Virus record (IMG/VR): IMGVR_UViG_3300040806_001491 | Coordinates: 1-61,545 of that record | Length of the DNA: 61,545 nucleotides | Origin: a virus | Taxonomy: Duplodnaviria; Caudoviricetes | Direction: 5' to 3' (one strand) | Part shown: positions 42,501 to 48,166 of the stretch, piece by piece | Numbering within the stretch: position 1 is the stretch's first letter | How the letters are laid out: every line of letters begins with the position of its first letter | Made by a program: the position numbers and the translations under genes | Notes under the pieces: model-generated | Seen by the model: only the letters and a program-made list of their open reading frames with translations | The model's database searches: none | What the model was told of the DNA's origin: nothing

Positions 42501-43385
42501 TGTTGTATAATTTTTCTTTCCTAAAATTTCTTTTTCAACATCAATTTTTGTATTTTCTTCGATATCTAGAATTTGTATCATTCCAGAATTATTAATATCT
42601 TCTGATGAGACGTAATATAAAACATCAGGAGCACCTTCTGGTACTGTAAATATTATTGTTCCTTGTGCAACACCTTGTTCAGATATACCATCTTCATAAT
42701 TAAATCCTGCATCCAATGTTTTTGAGGTCCTAATATTAAATGGCATATCAGGAGCATCAATATCAAACTTATATGTTTGACCTCTATACAAAATTATTGT
42801 AGGTGTTTGTGTTAGTCCGTCTGGCGAAAATACATATGCTTCGTTATCAATATTTGTTTCTAAAGTAATTGTATATGTAGATTCTACAGCTTTACTTTGT
42901 CCAAATATTTGTACCGCTTGAGGGCCGTTTGGTAGCCAATAGTATTCACGAAAGTTTACAAACATGTCCCAGTTTACATTAGGATTCCATGCATAGTATT
43001 CTTGACTGTTTAAAAAATTTTGATTTTCAACATTGCCGCCAAAGTTTTTAATTTGATTGATATAATCATTATAATCTTTATAAAGTACAACGTTTCCAAT
43101 ATCGTTTTTAATAATAGTAGCAGGCTCTAGCTGATAGTCTTCTCTTTGTTTAGAAGTATCGCCAATATAATTGTCATCTGCTAAAAATGCTTTAGAATGT
43201 TTTCTTCCAAAGTACCCGTTAATTTTTTCAGCAACACCTGGTCTTGTAACCTGATCTAATGTTGCTTCTAAAAACTTTTTGTTTACGCTAGTTCTAAAAT
43301 ATCTAGGTAATAGAGATGCACTGTTCCTTTTTTCATTATTACTTGTTGGAACTGGGGATTCATTCTGGTCGTCATTGTAGGCCAT
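27516..43385 (-). CDS. Giant baseplate wedge protein (gp7-like position), 5289 aa
   Basis: Uninterrupted 15.9-kb ORF coupled to the gp6-like gene; FG-GAP-like blades (YGQSVAVS.DG..IAVSAP), GxGY repeats, YIREVKPY segment, C-terminal LRRGTLGT module. Confidence 0.7.
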   Translation of the reverse strand: MAYNDDQNESPVPTSNNEKRNSASLLPRYFRTSVNKKFLEATLDQVTRPGVAEKINGYFGRKHSKAFLADDNYIGDTSKQREDYQLEPATIIKNDIGNVVLYKDYNDYINQIKNFGGNVENQNFLNSQEYYAWNPNVNWDMFVNFREYYWLPNGPQAVQIFGQSKAVESTYTITLETNIDNEAYVFSPDGLTQTPTIILYRGQTYKFDIDAPDMPFNIRTSKTLDAGFNYEDGISEQGVAQGTIIFTVPEGAPDVLYYVSSEDINNSGMIQILDIEENTKIDVEKEILGKKNYTTERGFPLSNGMKLEFIGEVTPEKYSKGQWYVEGVGERIQLVSEDDLEIPSTYNEDLEIPFDTQAFDRLPFDNAAGYTATKDYIVVNRASSDRNAWSRGNRWFHKTVIENSAEYNSQPISVDQTARATRPIIEFNAGLHLFQYGTEGKSNVDLIDTFTTDIFSTIEGSLGYNIDGIDLVDGMRVLFTAEQDIREAGKIFKVRFINHNGKRQITLVEEPDSVPKLNEVVLALNGQAYQGRLFYFNGASWNLTQEKTKVNQAPLFDLFDDNGSSYGDLNEYPGSTFRGNKVFSYRIGSGTVDTELGFPLSYRSISNVGDIVYDFNLVADEFEYVVAAQPITVSTSNCVLHQHTSRENFKSVNGWIKAKGNSRQDVIRQYIANEGQTDFNIDVYNNSHLINDIKVKLFQNNNLLFEGVDFEIVNKVSTKVVRLNSSANENDIILIKTQSSASKNQNGLYEIPSNYERNPLNNEINDFTLGEVNEHVESIVSEVDGFSGAYPGVSNLRDLGNVGIYGKKFLQHSGPINLALYHLTDKDNNIIKAIDYSRREYAKFKRLFLQTAYSTGFDGSPKEHVDIILREMNSDKNITMPFYFSDMAPVTGAKRITYTVFDPENEFYALSRTFNEDAIDVKAVGVYINDTQLIIDKDYTFNNEGFCQITATKNLNDRIDIYEYETTDGNYIPPTPTKLGLYPKYIPEITVDDTYIEPKKIIIGHDGSKIIAYDDYRDDLILEIERRIYNNLKLDYDTSIFDIHEFIEGEYRDSDRIPRSNLDTAMIKDFASWLNVIGNEDYTSFAFYQRANTFTYNYSSMSSPDGKPLPGFWRAVYKNAYDTDHPHTHPWEMLGFSIKPDWWEDQYGPAPYTSNNLILWQDIEKGKIRQPGRPIRTLSQYARPGLTNHLPVNDQGELLSPLDSNYAKNYVNSLTRKAFVFGDEAPVETAWRRSSEYPFALIKSFILNKPAKTIGLAFDRLRTVRNSAGQLVYSETGRRIKTSDLIFPNDAGNVQRIFTLGLVNFIANYLASNVLTNFSNYKERLTRLENQIAFKLGGFTDKSKLNLILDSRTPLNEGNVFVPEENYRVILTTSSPIDVANYSGVVVEKSASGWIIRGYDSTDPVFRYYQYNERSSDTNITVGGVSESFTEWNENKQYVQGKVVKYNDRYYRTLETHTSTSTFEGTKFVVLPELPNDGGRSALIRTSFDKSSVQILPYGTQLRTSQEVVDFLIGYGEYLEDLGFIFENYNSDIASVENWKLSAKEFLFWASQNWDSGTLISLSPAAQNIRFYRDNTMVDNIFDSFYEYSVLKADGTQIREDFLNIVRQDENGFDLTLKNTADGVYAIKLPLVQKEHTVVLDSKTAFKDVIYEPETGYRQERIRVLGYRTADWKGTLNIPGFLYDDAIVYDWEQWKDYAIGDIVKNKEFYYTAINKVTGSETFDPNKWYRLNEKPEPGLKPNLEYKVNQFADFYDLDTDNFDVEQQRIAQHLIGYQKRQYLSNIINDDVSQYKFYQGMIADKGTKNALSKLFDSLSSANKDSIEFYEEWAVKLGQYGAADGFEEVEFKLSEDKFLISPQPVLLTNEVPDVPTDLVYRLTEDEVYLKTKDYTHAPFPTKYVEENPVKTAGYVRADDVQWTILQKADILNIPIEEIEQGEYVWATFDSEDWNVYKHIDSGLKVTSAQVGGGTSATIFFDRLSSFVEGDIIGIQDVPGFNGFYEVVTSVLNRVTINLGENIPDSVDEANGIVSKFTSNRVKTLSDANLYAQQDVDDGEIIWVDDNGSGKWNVIKSNKSYALNETINNPTTTATFYGQSLSASADNKILAIGAPEDGDGKVYVYQRTSENENLEPLVTLEPIDNYASSNSRYGQSVAVSQDGNYIAVSAPFASNVKSAFKDEFDITANYNNAAIVSYAENLWQSRRSVKGQVDNVSFNSFDLISKIEDNLFDTYGSYSNIPTLITGDYPLGIEQENPNFDINQDVSDSNPVTIPFVTDHVLVRAPDDMYDGSKPGDYVYFEHSEITNNLRPINKIPIKNIFETSVDDTDRIHVTFDSFVRVVNQVFKLNPVRIESESHEFENGQRIIIAGAVGLVDINNEYYIRVINADEFELYSDIDLTQTVNGTAWAGTYQENSARAFSAFSGQLEINLATGDEILLTEIPNNGFLETSATQFDANGNPLVIPSFDNSNPDIALNVKENFGIAGLQNQRFYVKAVANDTVELYRDAALTIPVDASVGLLGSSAPGDFAGFISKIEKPFNNAYANITNTFLEAGPHEIRRKVDEVFYIENPLAIPEVGDVVTTDTGNATVVKVRIESAKMVLYVNNKNGIFANNDQLKIDNVFLIGNYARPLADTIERSQSLGGYWEIETNGTYVVDDPQVDTYRGLVYQDLTLDTATATPLPTSNSLLSQQNNPPFQIAGTTAFQKETSMMRVLSYVGNAGLGDILPVDQLDNRWVVRLDKAVSDVASQKLENGEEVKLGLWLNKARQLDADGNPLDIDTKIRFIRDRVEWDLSDTGLSFDIVNKTHTISDPDDLWDGWLDIRLTRTDIEFEVGDLVQEAENGARARVMHYQRDNLSARLWIKIIDGTFTFGRRYGETDFLSTIKKIFPNGNEVELGSIQARQLADGDIGKVAVFYEQDNFAIPDQIDYDVNVFTPIDTASFKTKFVTNIEWQSWIEETRLGISRSPLYPSDQNNDWVQVNNIPIDNTKDASSFTNEGAYFVYEYNEFNNTFNLVNGFILPNRENERKLGSVIKLAQTPDYTRLLINSDESHADDRGNVSPESRGRLHQVLYGNLNNISYNWTLAKDPNYKGSYSQNSLYSANDVVEYNGTWYRAKINMQDGPFNPNKWSEIGDHIDFVGYLPNTSGYNFAGETAINPVLVVNQDQDNPLIGFASNFDTSENGKTIASVVEYDSTIKIAVYRLDEFHHSLYQVIEQPEDAPGFGSQVAVSDDGKLIAVSAPDADSNSKFQGKVFIYLLGSNGYQLTQTLTSENAEPVENFGFRIGFDGDQLAVTSANGDIRLDTTFDGNNTFLDNGFTNFVRRVIDSGVVYLYERINNTLVYGQQISYRDFDVYGFGKNLLIKQNHVYVGLTNYGDANGQIINFRKTPGDNSWVVHREPTDQVNINKFKGCFLYNTKSSELIRYLDIVDPVANKLIGVAEQELTYKTYYDPATYNVSEEAFVDLFNTWGKDQVGQLWWDLSRAKFLNAYQGDINYSQFAWNRLAFGASIDVYEWVETTVLPSEWDNLSGTNEGARRNITGTSLYGDRLYVQNQTYDKVAQRFITRYYYWVRRPTKVPNVENRKKSADEVASLIENPNSKLVPFVSLAGNDKFILHNVKKDISDNDVALNFRYWTIDNQDQNIHNEYQIISEGLSTSKPKRDIELKWFDSLCEQDKFGRIVPDSTLSDKQKYGSLFTPRQSWFKNPVEARKEYFERVNRVLDQTLLLDNFNIDSLLDFDPQPTDISRHYDVSVDTEDELRFIGTVRAETAQLIPVIQDGKIVSVTIENPGRGYKDITFDVNVSSKRKGPTLTINGTGSEAIIETYINNLGQIIETEVLAQGNYYDANTTITVRPLSALVRADSTIDGKWAIYTYDATTREWTQGQRQSYDVRDYWNYSDWYAEGYSTLTNIDFLIDEPYQLNIIDDNIGDIVKVENSGSGGWVLYRKSVNKDTPQYTENYEVVGRQDGTIQFTNSCITGTNNAVELRKIFEAIRDNLFVDELEIEYNNLFFAQLRYVLSEQKYVDWLFKTSFVKAKHNVGELTQRVTFQNDNLPSYEEYIREVKPYKTNIREYLSSYEKQENTGSVVTDFDLTPVYNEATGIIEPKSIKVDENVLTNLPESITEYPERHWLDNAALQVIRIDIEDGGTGYTEVPVITIRGGGGRDATAKAFLGQGSIKKIEITNPGTGYFGIPTIEVEGTQVEGSIPAKISLVMGNEKTRSIKVTQRFDRVSGQYETTNLIETETFTASGSQLKYYLKWPLNITKNKTKITIDGQEPLSSEYSVGNEDDKTKSYKRQIGYVLFVNTPPKDSTIVIEYNRNMDLLNAQDRINLLYESNEGLLGKDLSQLMDGIDYGGVQVKSFEFGQNLGWDNAGWYTDSWDSYDESYEDIVFAYDGSTTVFQLEQALDDNTDYNVYVNGVRIDDPNYDGSTRTYVDPTSGETLALANPNAIMPTLTTSSEFYDAENLTIKFENVVELESLYKDQSKIIIRKSTSDGSFLPEGIGLDTVLQGGNLAYGTATGYAPEDITVDGDGFVTPTTSKGPEELVPGQLLDVLDIKVVDRPADGGSLISVRNYQSDQGQTVFDLSILPHSSEACFVKVNGTIVKNYEVNYEEGFLTFDSGLNAGDSVNIFSMGVNGENLLDIDNFVGDGVTQIFVSNVLYPKTATTVDGKEFLEKQDVSVFVTIDGNPVEVNIFEADESYGDNKGVIAFKFVIAPEENAKIQYAIYQSAEQSFSQATVDQFTADGSTAAYTLAQSPFDSLPLTHNIIVKVGNKILTPDYNEEFTVQPGIRNFTLDLGQIPYSSVSPENVLVFRNGTKLSFLDEFSWDFANTTVSLFDNVGDIGDTIEIFVLGTGEYRFDTNTRISLTSLDGRFQEGEEVTFTSGSSTYTYVIKSFANNILEIKGTAQEVIDLFNDGNTVTIEGIISEATAQISGTGLIEGGDIVILENVPLQNETIEIFTFSKHDIQGIERQVKTVTSRITTQAGSRDYYNYHLLTRGIVSLRKPALSVDYVWVTLNGTLLDANVDYTLSRFNDKVEIKIPVTADDIIEVIHFAAQKTNSKFGYRIFKDMLNRTHYKRLNSDKVFQLASDLHYNDDTIELVDASGIGTPSKEINSPGVLFIDGERIEYFTVNGNTLGQLRRGTLGTGTKNVYAAGTEVEDQGRQETIPYVDESRTLQFITDGESNTYSLDFVPSSSDEIEVFAQGKRLRKGPLQVFDNTINQDSPEADVTVPAEYTIEGGTLTLETTLPEDVKLYTVRKIGKTWVNSGEQLRYARNSIADFLRETTTSLPK

Positions 43386-46300
43386 TAGTAGCTGCTACCT
43401 CCATTTGTACCGATAGAGTAGTTTGCAAAATTTGTTTGCTCTACTGTAGTAGTTGAACTAGATACTACTCCTGTTGTATCATTATCAACTGTTGTAACAA
43501 GATCTCCACTTGATCTTAAACGAGATGCTGTTATTGCATCAATAACTTCTATGTTATCTACTGTTGCACCGCTTACAAAAATTTCGTCTGCTTCAGACTT
43601 TACTTCAAATAAACTACCAAATGCTTGTGTTGACTGATTAGGAACAATAACAATAGATGCTAAATCTGGAGCAACACTGTTCATAATGAATGTTGCAAGC
43701 TCTTGGAAATAAAATGTTTCGCCAAACTCCCAATTTTCTAGTGCAAAATAACTATTAATTGCACTAATTACTCTTGCTTTAATTTCGTTATCATTAACAA
43801 CAAGATCTGGATTTTTAACTATTTTAAATGTTGCTTGCAAATCACTAGCCGCCTTTGTTCCAAACAGTATTTTGTACTTAACAGGATGATAAATTACTTC
43901 GTCACTGATTGATTTAATCTTATTAATTTCCTGTCCAAAGTTATTAAACAAAGAATCGGTGCTAGGAGGCAAAGGTTTTTCATTTAATGATCCTTCTAAC
44001 CAACGTCTATATGACGTATCATATGTTTTCGATAACAGATATGTATCTATAATATTTGAACTACTAGGATCGATTCTGTTGCTTTCATCTGCTGCATGTT
44101 CGTATTGGAATTGTAGCTGATCTCTTCCTTTATACGCACGGTAAGTTGTTAGTAGACTTAGTGCTTCGTCTGCTTCGTTATAAATTTTAAATACATCAGT
44201 TTCATGGAAGTAAAAGATAGTTTGATCTAAAAAGTTAATTAATCCAATTGTAGTGACTTCTGCTTCGTTAGCAAAAACTTGTATTTGTTTACTTGCTTGA
44301 TCTACATATCTAAAATCTTCAACACCGTCTGCTGTTGTATACTGTTCTTGAAATATCCACTGATGTTTTATATTAGATGAAACAATATCTTCAAAGATAT
44401 CAGGATTATCAATAACACCGTCATCATCAGAATCAAAGAAACCTACTTGAATCTTCTTACTATCTACATAACCTTCACGATCTCTGTATTCTTCTTGTAA
44501 CTCTAAAGAGTATCCAATGTTGAGAGGTAGTAATCCTAATTTAGTAGTTGTTCCTGGACGTCTGTTTATAGGTAATATTGTAATTTTGTCTTTAACAATT
44601 TCACCAGTTTGAGGATTGTACACTTTGTCTGAACTATCATAATAGAAACGTATTTCTTTATCGCTCTCAAACACATATCTTTGATTTCTATATGTTAGTG
44701 TATACTTTTCTCCGTCTGTTTCAAATAATAATAACCAACTAGAATCTTGTCTTGTACTTGTAGTGTCTCCGGTCTTACCTGTACTAAATTCGCCATTAAT
44801 ATTTAGGTCACTATCTACAATAACTCTCCATAGTCCGGTGTTTACATCAAATCGTAATCCAAAACTTTTATATGCAAAGAACTGATCTATCATTCTAGTT
44901 TTAACATCATTTTCTAGTGTAGTTGCAAGTCTTGGAATTAATTGTTCTACTAATGCTCCTTCCGGAATAACATCATTAAACACAACCGGTCCTCTGCCGT
45001 TTGTTATATCTGTTCCTGGTCCAGAAACACTAACAACTTTAGTCCATTTATATGTAGACGCATTAGGATGATCTGCAGGACCTTCCATAAGTTTTGACAT
45101 ATCGTCTAACATAAAATGATAGCCTTCTGGTGCAATAAATTTTATTAAAGAACCAGGCGACACATACTTAAAATTATTACCTGTAAATGTGCCCAATCTT
45201 AATGATCTACCCGATTCTTGCAAATAACCTGTTGACTGATTTAAACTTCTAGTTGTTTGCACCCAAGATGCATTTAGGTCACTTACTATAATTCTTGGAA
45301 ATTGACTATAATAATAATTTTTAATTTTGATGTCAGATATAATAGGCTCTATTGTATTTTTTATAATACCTTCAATATCTGTTCTGGTAGTAAAATTAAA
45401 CTGTGCTTTTGTTTTTAAGAATTGCGTATATAATATTCCGTCTATACCAAATAGATTTGTTTTAGAATATTTTCCAGTTGCATCTAATAAATCAAAATAT
45501 CTGCTTATGCCACTACTTGTTCTATTAACACTTTTTACTTTAATAATTTCTTGACTAACATTAAGCGGAGCAACATTATAATCTTCTCCAGTTACCATTC
45601 TATTCTGAGTATAATATGTAGCAGGTGCATTTGTTTTAATGCTTTCATTAGACTCTGAAGTAGCAGCATTAGATATTGTATATTTTAAATTAAGTCCAAT
45701 AGTAAGTTTTTCAGTAGTGCCTGATTTAGAAATATAAGGAACTGATATTGAAATCCCGATCATATCGTCAGGATTAATAATCATATTTCTATTATCTGAA
45801 ATACGATAATAAACACGGAAACTACCTTTAGGAAGCTCACCAAACACACCGTCTGAGAAAATTAAACTAATTCTATCTTCAACACGAGTTAGTACACTAT
45901 AAATGCTTCTGATATTTTTGTTTAAACTATTATAAACAATATTGTTTCCTTCAACAGCATCGACTTTAGTCCATAGTTCGTTTTCTATACCTGCATTATC
46001 TAATCTATAAAGCCATACATCAGTATTGTTAACATTTGTTGCATCAATAGCAACTGTTTGGTTAGTACTTGGCGTTTGAACAGAAAAATTTCCGGTATCT
46101 AAACGTCCTTGACGGAAATGTAGGAAATATCCAGTATTGCTAGACGAAGCGCCTTGGCCGTCATCTCTATATAAGAACGAAAGATTGTTTCCAGGTAATG
46201 GTGGTTCTTCTATTATTTCACCGTTTGATACATCAGTTGAAACAATCTCAAACTGGCTGCTTTTTCCGTTAATATTTTTACTAAATCCGTAGTTAGGAAT

Positions 46301-46885
46301 ATCTGTATTTGTTGCATTAAATCTATACTGTTCTACATTAATTCCATTAACTGAGTCTACTTTAATAGGACGACCGATAACACTATTTGCAGGTAATGCT
46401 GCATTTAAAACTTTTACAAACTGTTCATACCAATACTGGTTAGAAACATCATTCCAAACAATAGTTTGACCACCTAGATTTACTCCATTAGAGTCTAAAA
46501 TATTTTCCGATGTAGTAACACTTGCAAATTTTAATAGTCCGTTTGCTGATTGATTACGCTTAGGATTATAAGAAAGTAAACGTGCTAAACGTAGTATACT
46601 TTCTCTACGCTCTGCAAGTTCTAGATAGTTTTCTCTTGCATTTAAATCAATACGGAAAGCAATGTTTTGTCCAAGGTAAGCAATAAGATCAATCAGTGCT
46701 AGATATTCTGAACTTTCAATGTAATCATTAAAGTCTTCTGGATAATTTTGACGTAGATAGTTAATCATTGTTCGACGTAAATTGTCGAAGTCATAACTTT
46801 GAAAATCTGCGTTGCGGAATGACTGGTAGACACGCTTCCAGTCTTCGGCTAGTAATAATCTATTTTGACGATCTGTAGTTGACAT
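43385..46885 (-). CDS. gp6: Baseplate wedge subunit, gp6-like
   Basis: YDFDNLR..YLR..FNDY.ESS, ENYLELAERRESI.RLARLLSY.P, FSDGVFG..P, ES.ESIK.NAP..Y.TQNRMVT..DY. Confidence 0.8.
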   Translation of the reverse strand: MSTTDRQNRLLLAEDWKRVYQSFRNADFQSYDFDNLRRTMINYLRQNYPEDFNDYIESSEYLALIDLIAYLGQNIAFRIDLNARENYLELAERRESILRLARLLSYNPKRNQSANGLLKFASVTTSENILDSNGVNLGGQTIVWNDVSNQYWYEQFVKVLNAALPANSVIGRPIKVDSVNGINVEQYRFNATNTDIPNYGFSKNINGKSSQFEIVSTDVSNGEIIEEPPLPGNNLSFLYRDDGQGASSSNTGYFLHFRQGRLDTGNFSVQTPSTNQTVAIDATNVNNTDVWLYRLDNAGIENELWTKVDAVEGNNIVYNSLNKNIRSIYSVLTRVEDRISLIFSDGVFGELPKGSFRVYYRISDNRNMIINPDDMIGISISVPYISKSGTTEKLTIGLNLKYTISNAATSESNESIKTNAPATYYTQNRMVTGEDYNVAPLNVSQEIIKVKSVNRTSSGISRYFDLLDATGKYSKTNLFGIDGILYTQFLKTKAQFNFTTRTDIEGIIKNTIEPIISDIKIKNYYYSQFPRIIVSDLNASWVQTTRSLNQSTGYLQESGRSLRLGTFTGNNFKYVSPGSLIKFIAPEGYHFMLDDMSKLMEGPADHPNASTYKWTKVVSVSGPGTDITNGRGPVVFNDVIPEGALVEQLIPRLATTLENDVKTRMIDQFFAYKSFGLRFDVNTGLWRVIVDSDLNINGEFSTGKTGDTTSTRQDSSWLLLFETDGEKYTLTYRNQRYVFESDKEIRFYYDSSDKVYNPQTGEIVKDKITILPINRRPGTTTKLGLLPLNIGYSLELQEEYRDREGYVDSKKIQVGFFDSDDDGVIDNPDIFEDIVSSNIKHQWIFQEQYTTADGVEDFRYVDQASKQIQVFANEAEVTTIGLINFLDQTIFYFHETDVFKIYNEADEALSLLTTYRAYKGRDQLQFQYEHAADESNRIDPSSSNIIDTYLLSKTYDTSYRRWLEGSLNEKPLPPSTDSLFNNFGQEINKIKSISDEVIYHPVKYKILFGTKAASDLQATFKIVKNPDLVVNDNEIKARVISAINSYFALENWEFGETFYFQELATFIMNSVAPDLASIVIVPNQSTQAFGSLFEVKSEADEIFVSGATVDNIEVIDAITASRLRSSGDLVTTVDNDTTGVVSSSTTTVEQTNFANYSIGTNGGSSY

Positions 46886-46909
46886 CTATCGCTTCCTTAC
46901 TTTATACAA

Positions 46910-46917
46910 TATTTATG
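46910..46917 (-). promoter_or_regulatory. Late promoter CATAAATA
   Basis: In the intergenic gap upstream of the AAGGAAG RBS and the ATG at 46885. Confidence 0.6.
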
Positions 46918-46937
46918 TTATTTAGAAAAGTGCGTAT

Positions 46938-47384
46938 TTAATTGATGAGTCCATTATTCTCATCAAATTTTAATACCATAGATTCAGAAATACTGTAGGG
47001 AAGATAGGTTAAATCGCATTCAATTTGTATGCCAGATTCGTATGCTGATACGGCTATATTTTCAGCATTTACTCTTGGATCATAGTTGATTATTTCAGTA
47101 ACGTTTTTTGCAATAGCGTTTTTTACTTGCGGCGTAAGAGGTTCAAATAGTACGTCCCAAATTATTGTTCCAAAATTAGGATTTTCTAATTTTTCGCCTT
47201 TACGTATATGAAAATGATTTATTAAGTCTTGTTTAATTAATGCAATATCGTAAACAGTGTAACTGGTATTTTCAGGATTAACTGTAGTCAGCCCTCTGTA
47301 AGCACGGCTTTTAACCTGAGGTTTAGGACTTTCTGATGACTCAACCCTAATATTTTTATACAAATCTTTTTCTATAGTACTCAT
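46938..47384 (-). CDS. gp25: Baseplate wedge/sheath initiator, gp25-like
   Basis: LIKQDLINHF.IRKGEKL.NPNFGT.I...LFEP...YDPRV. Confidence 0.85.
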   Translation of the reverse strand: MSTIEKDLYKNIRVESSESPKPQVKSRAYRGLTTVNPENTSYTVYDIALIKQDLINHFHIRKGEKLENPNFGTIIWDVLFEPLTPQVKNAIAKNVTEIINYDPRVNAENIAVSAYESGIQIECDLTYLPYSISESMVLKFDENNGLIN

Positions 47385-47389
47385 AGCAA

Positions 47390-47397
47390 TATTTATC
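47390..47397 (-). promoter_or_regulatory. Late promoter GATAAATA
   Basis: 5 nt before the ATG at 47384. Confidence 0.6.
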
Positions 47398-47401
47398 CGC
47401 T

Positions 47402-48166
47402 TTAAACTGTGCTATCATTACCAGCTTGTGCTGCTGCTGTACCGTCAATTGATACATCTGCTTCAGGAGGTAATGCCCAGTTACGTTTAACATGTTTTAC
47501 ATATTGTTTATCGCTGTTAAAACTATAGTTAGAAATTTTAGCATCGTTGCCTTGATTTCCACCAAGTACTTTAATAGTACCGTTTGATGTTATTTCTTTA
47601 ATAAATCCAATATGTCCGCCACTACGTGTTTTTGATTTAAACACGACAATATCCCATTTACGGATCTGTGAAGTATCACGCCAGTTTACTTCTCCGCCAT
47701 AATTTCCCCAACCTTGACTACTCATAGTTCTATTGCTAGGAAGACCGGCTGTAACTAATACCCAACTAACAAATGCTGAACACCATGCATATGCCATTTC
47801 GCTACTATCTCGAGTATAGCTTAAATTACAGGCTCTGTAACATTCAAGTATTCTTGGATTGCCTGGGTTTCCTCTTTCAGCCCAATCTTGAGTCAGTACA
47901 TTATTAAGAATTGCATCTAGTCTTTCCCAACCAGGATTTTCTGGAATAGGACCAGGTTCAACATCACCAGGAGCATAACCTCCGCCGCCGCCTGGACTAT
48001 ACGAGCCGCCGCCGTTATTTCCATTACCTCCGAAGTTTCTTGGATAGTCACCTTCTAGATCTAAATAATTAAATCTTCCACTTTCTAAAATATCGTTAGA
48101 ATTTTCGTAATCTCTAGGTTCTAACGGATTAACTACTACTGATGTTGGTACTAATACTTGACACAT
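47402..48166 (-). CDS. CHAP/NlpC-P60-like (TIGR02594-type) peptidoglycan amidase
   Basis: NPRI..Y, AWCSAFVSW, DIVVF...GGHIGF...VLGGNQ (Cys-His dyad). Confidence 0.8.
   Translation of the reverse strand: MCQVLVPTSVVVNPLEPRDYENSNDILESGRFNYLDLEGDYPRNFGGNGNNGGGSYSPGGGGGYAPGDVEPGPIPENPGWERLDAILNNVLTQDWAERGNPGNPRILECYRACNLSYTRDSSEMAYAWCSAFVSWVLVTAGLPSNRTMSSQGWGNYGGEVNWRDTSQIRKWDIVVFKSKTRSGGHIGFIKEITSNGTIKVLGGNQGNDAKISNYSFNSDKQYVKHVKRNWALPPEADVSIDGTAAAQAGNDSTV

Noticed and set aside
27516-43385. Intein or DGR target as the explanation for the giant ORF
   Set aside because: No intein splice-junction motifs or LAGLIDADG blocks recognised, and no RT gene or TR/VR repeat pair seen in the window.
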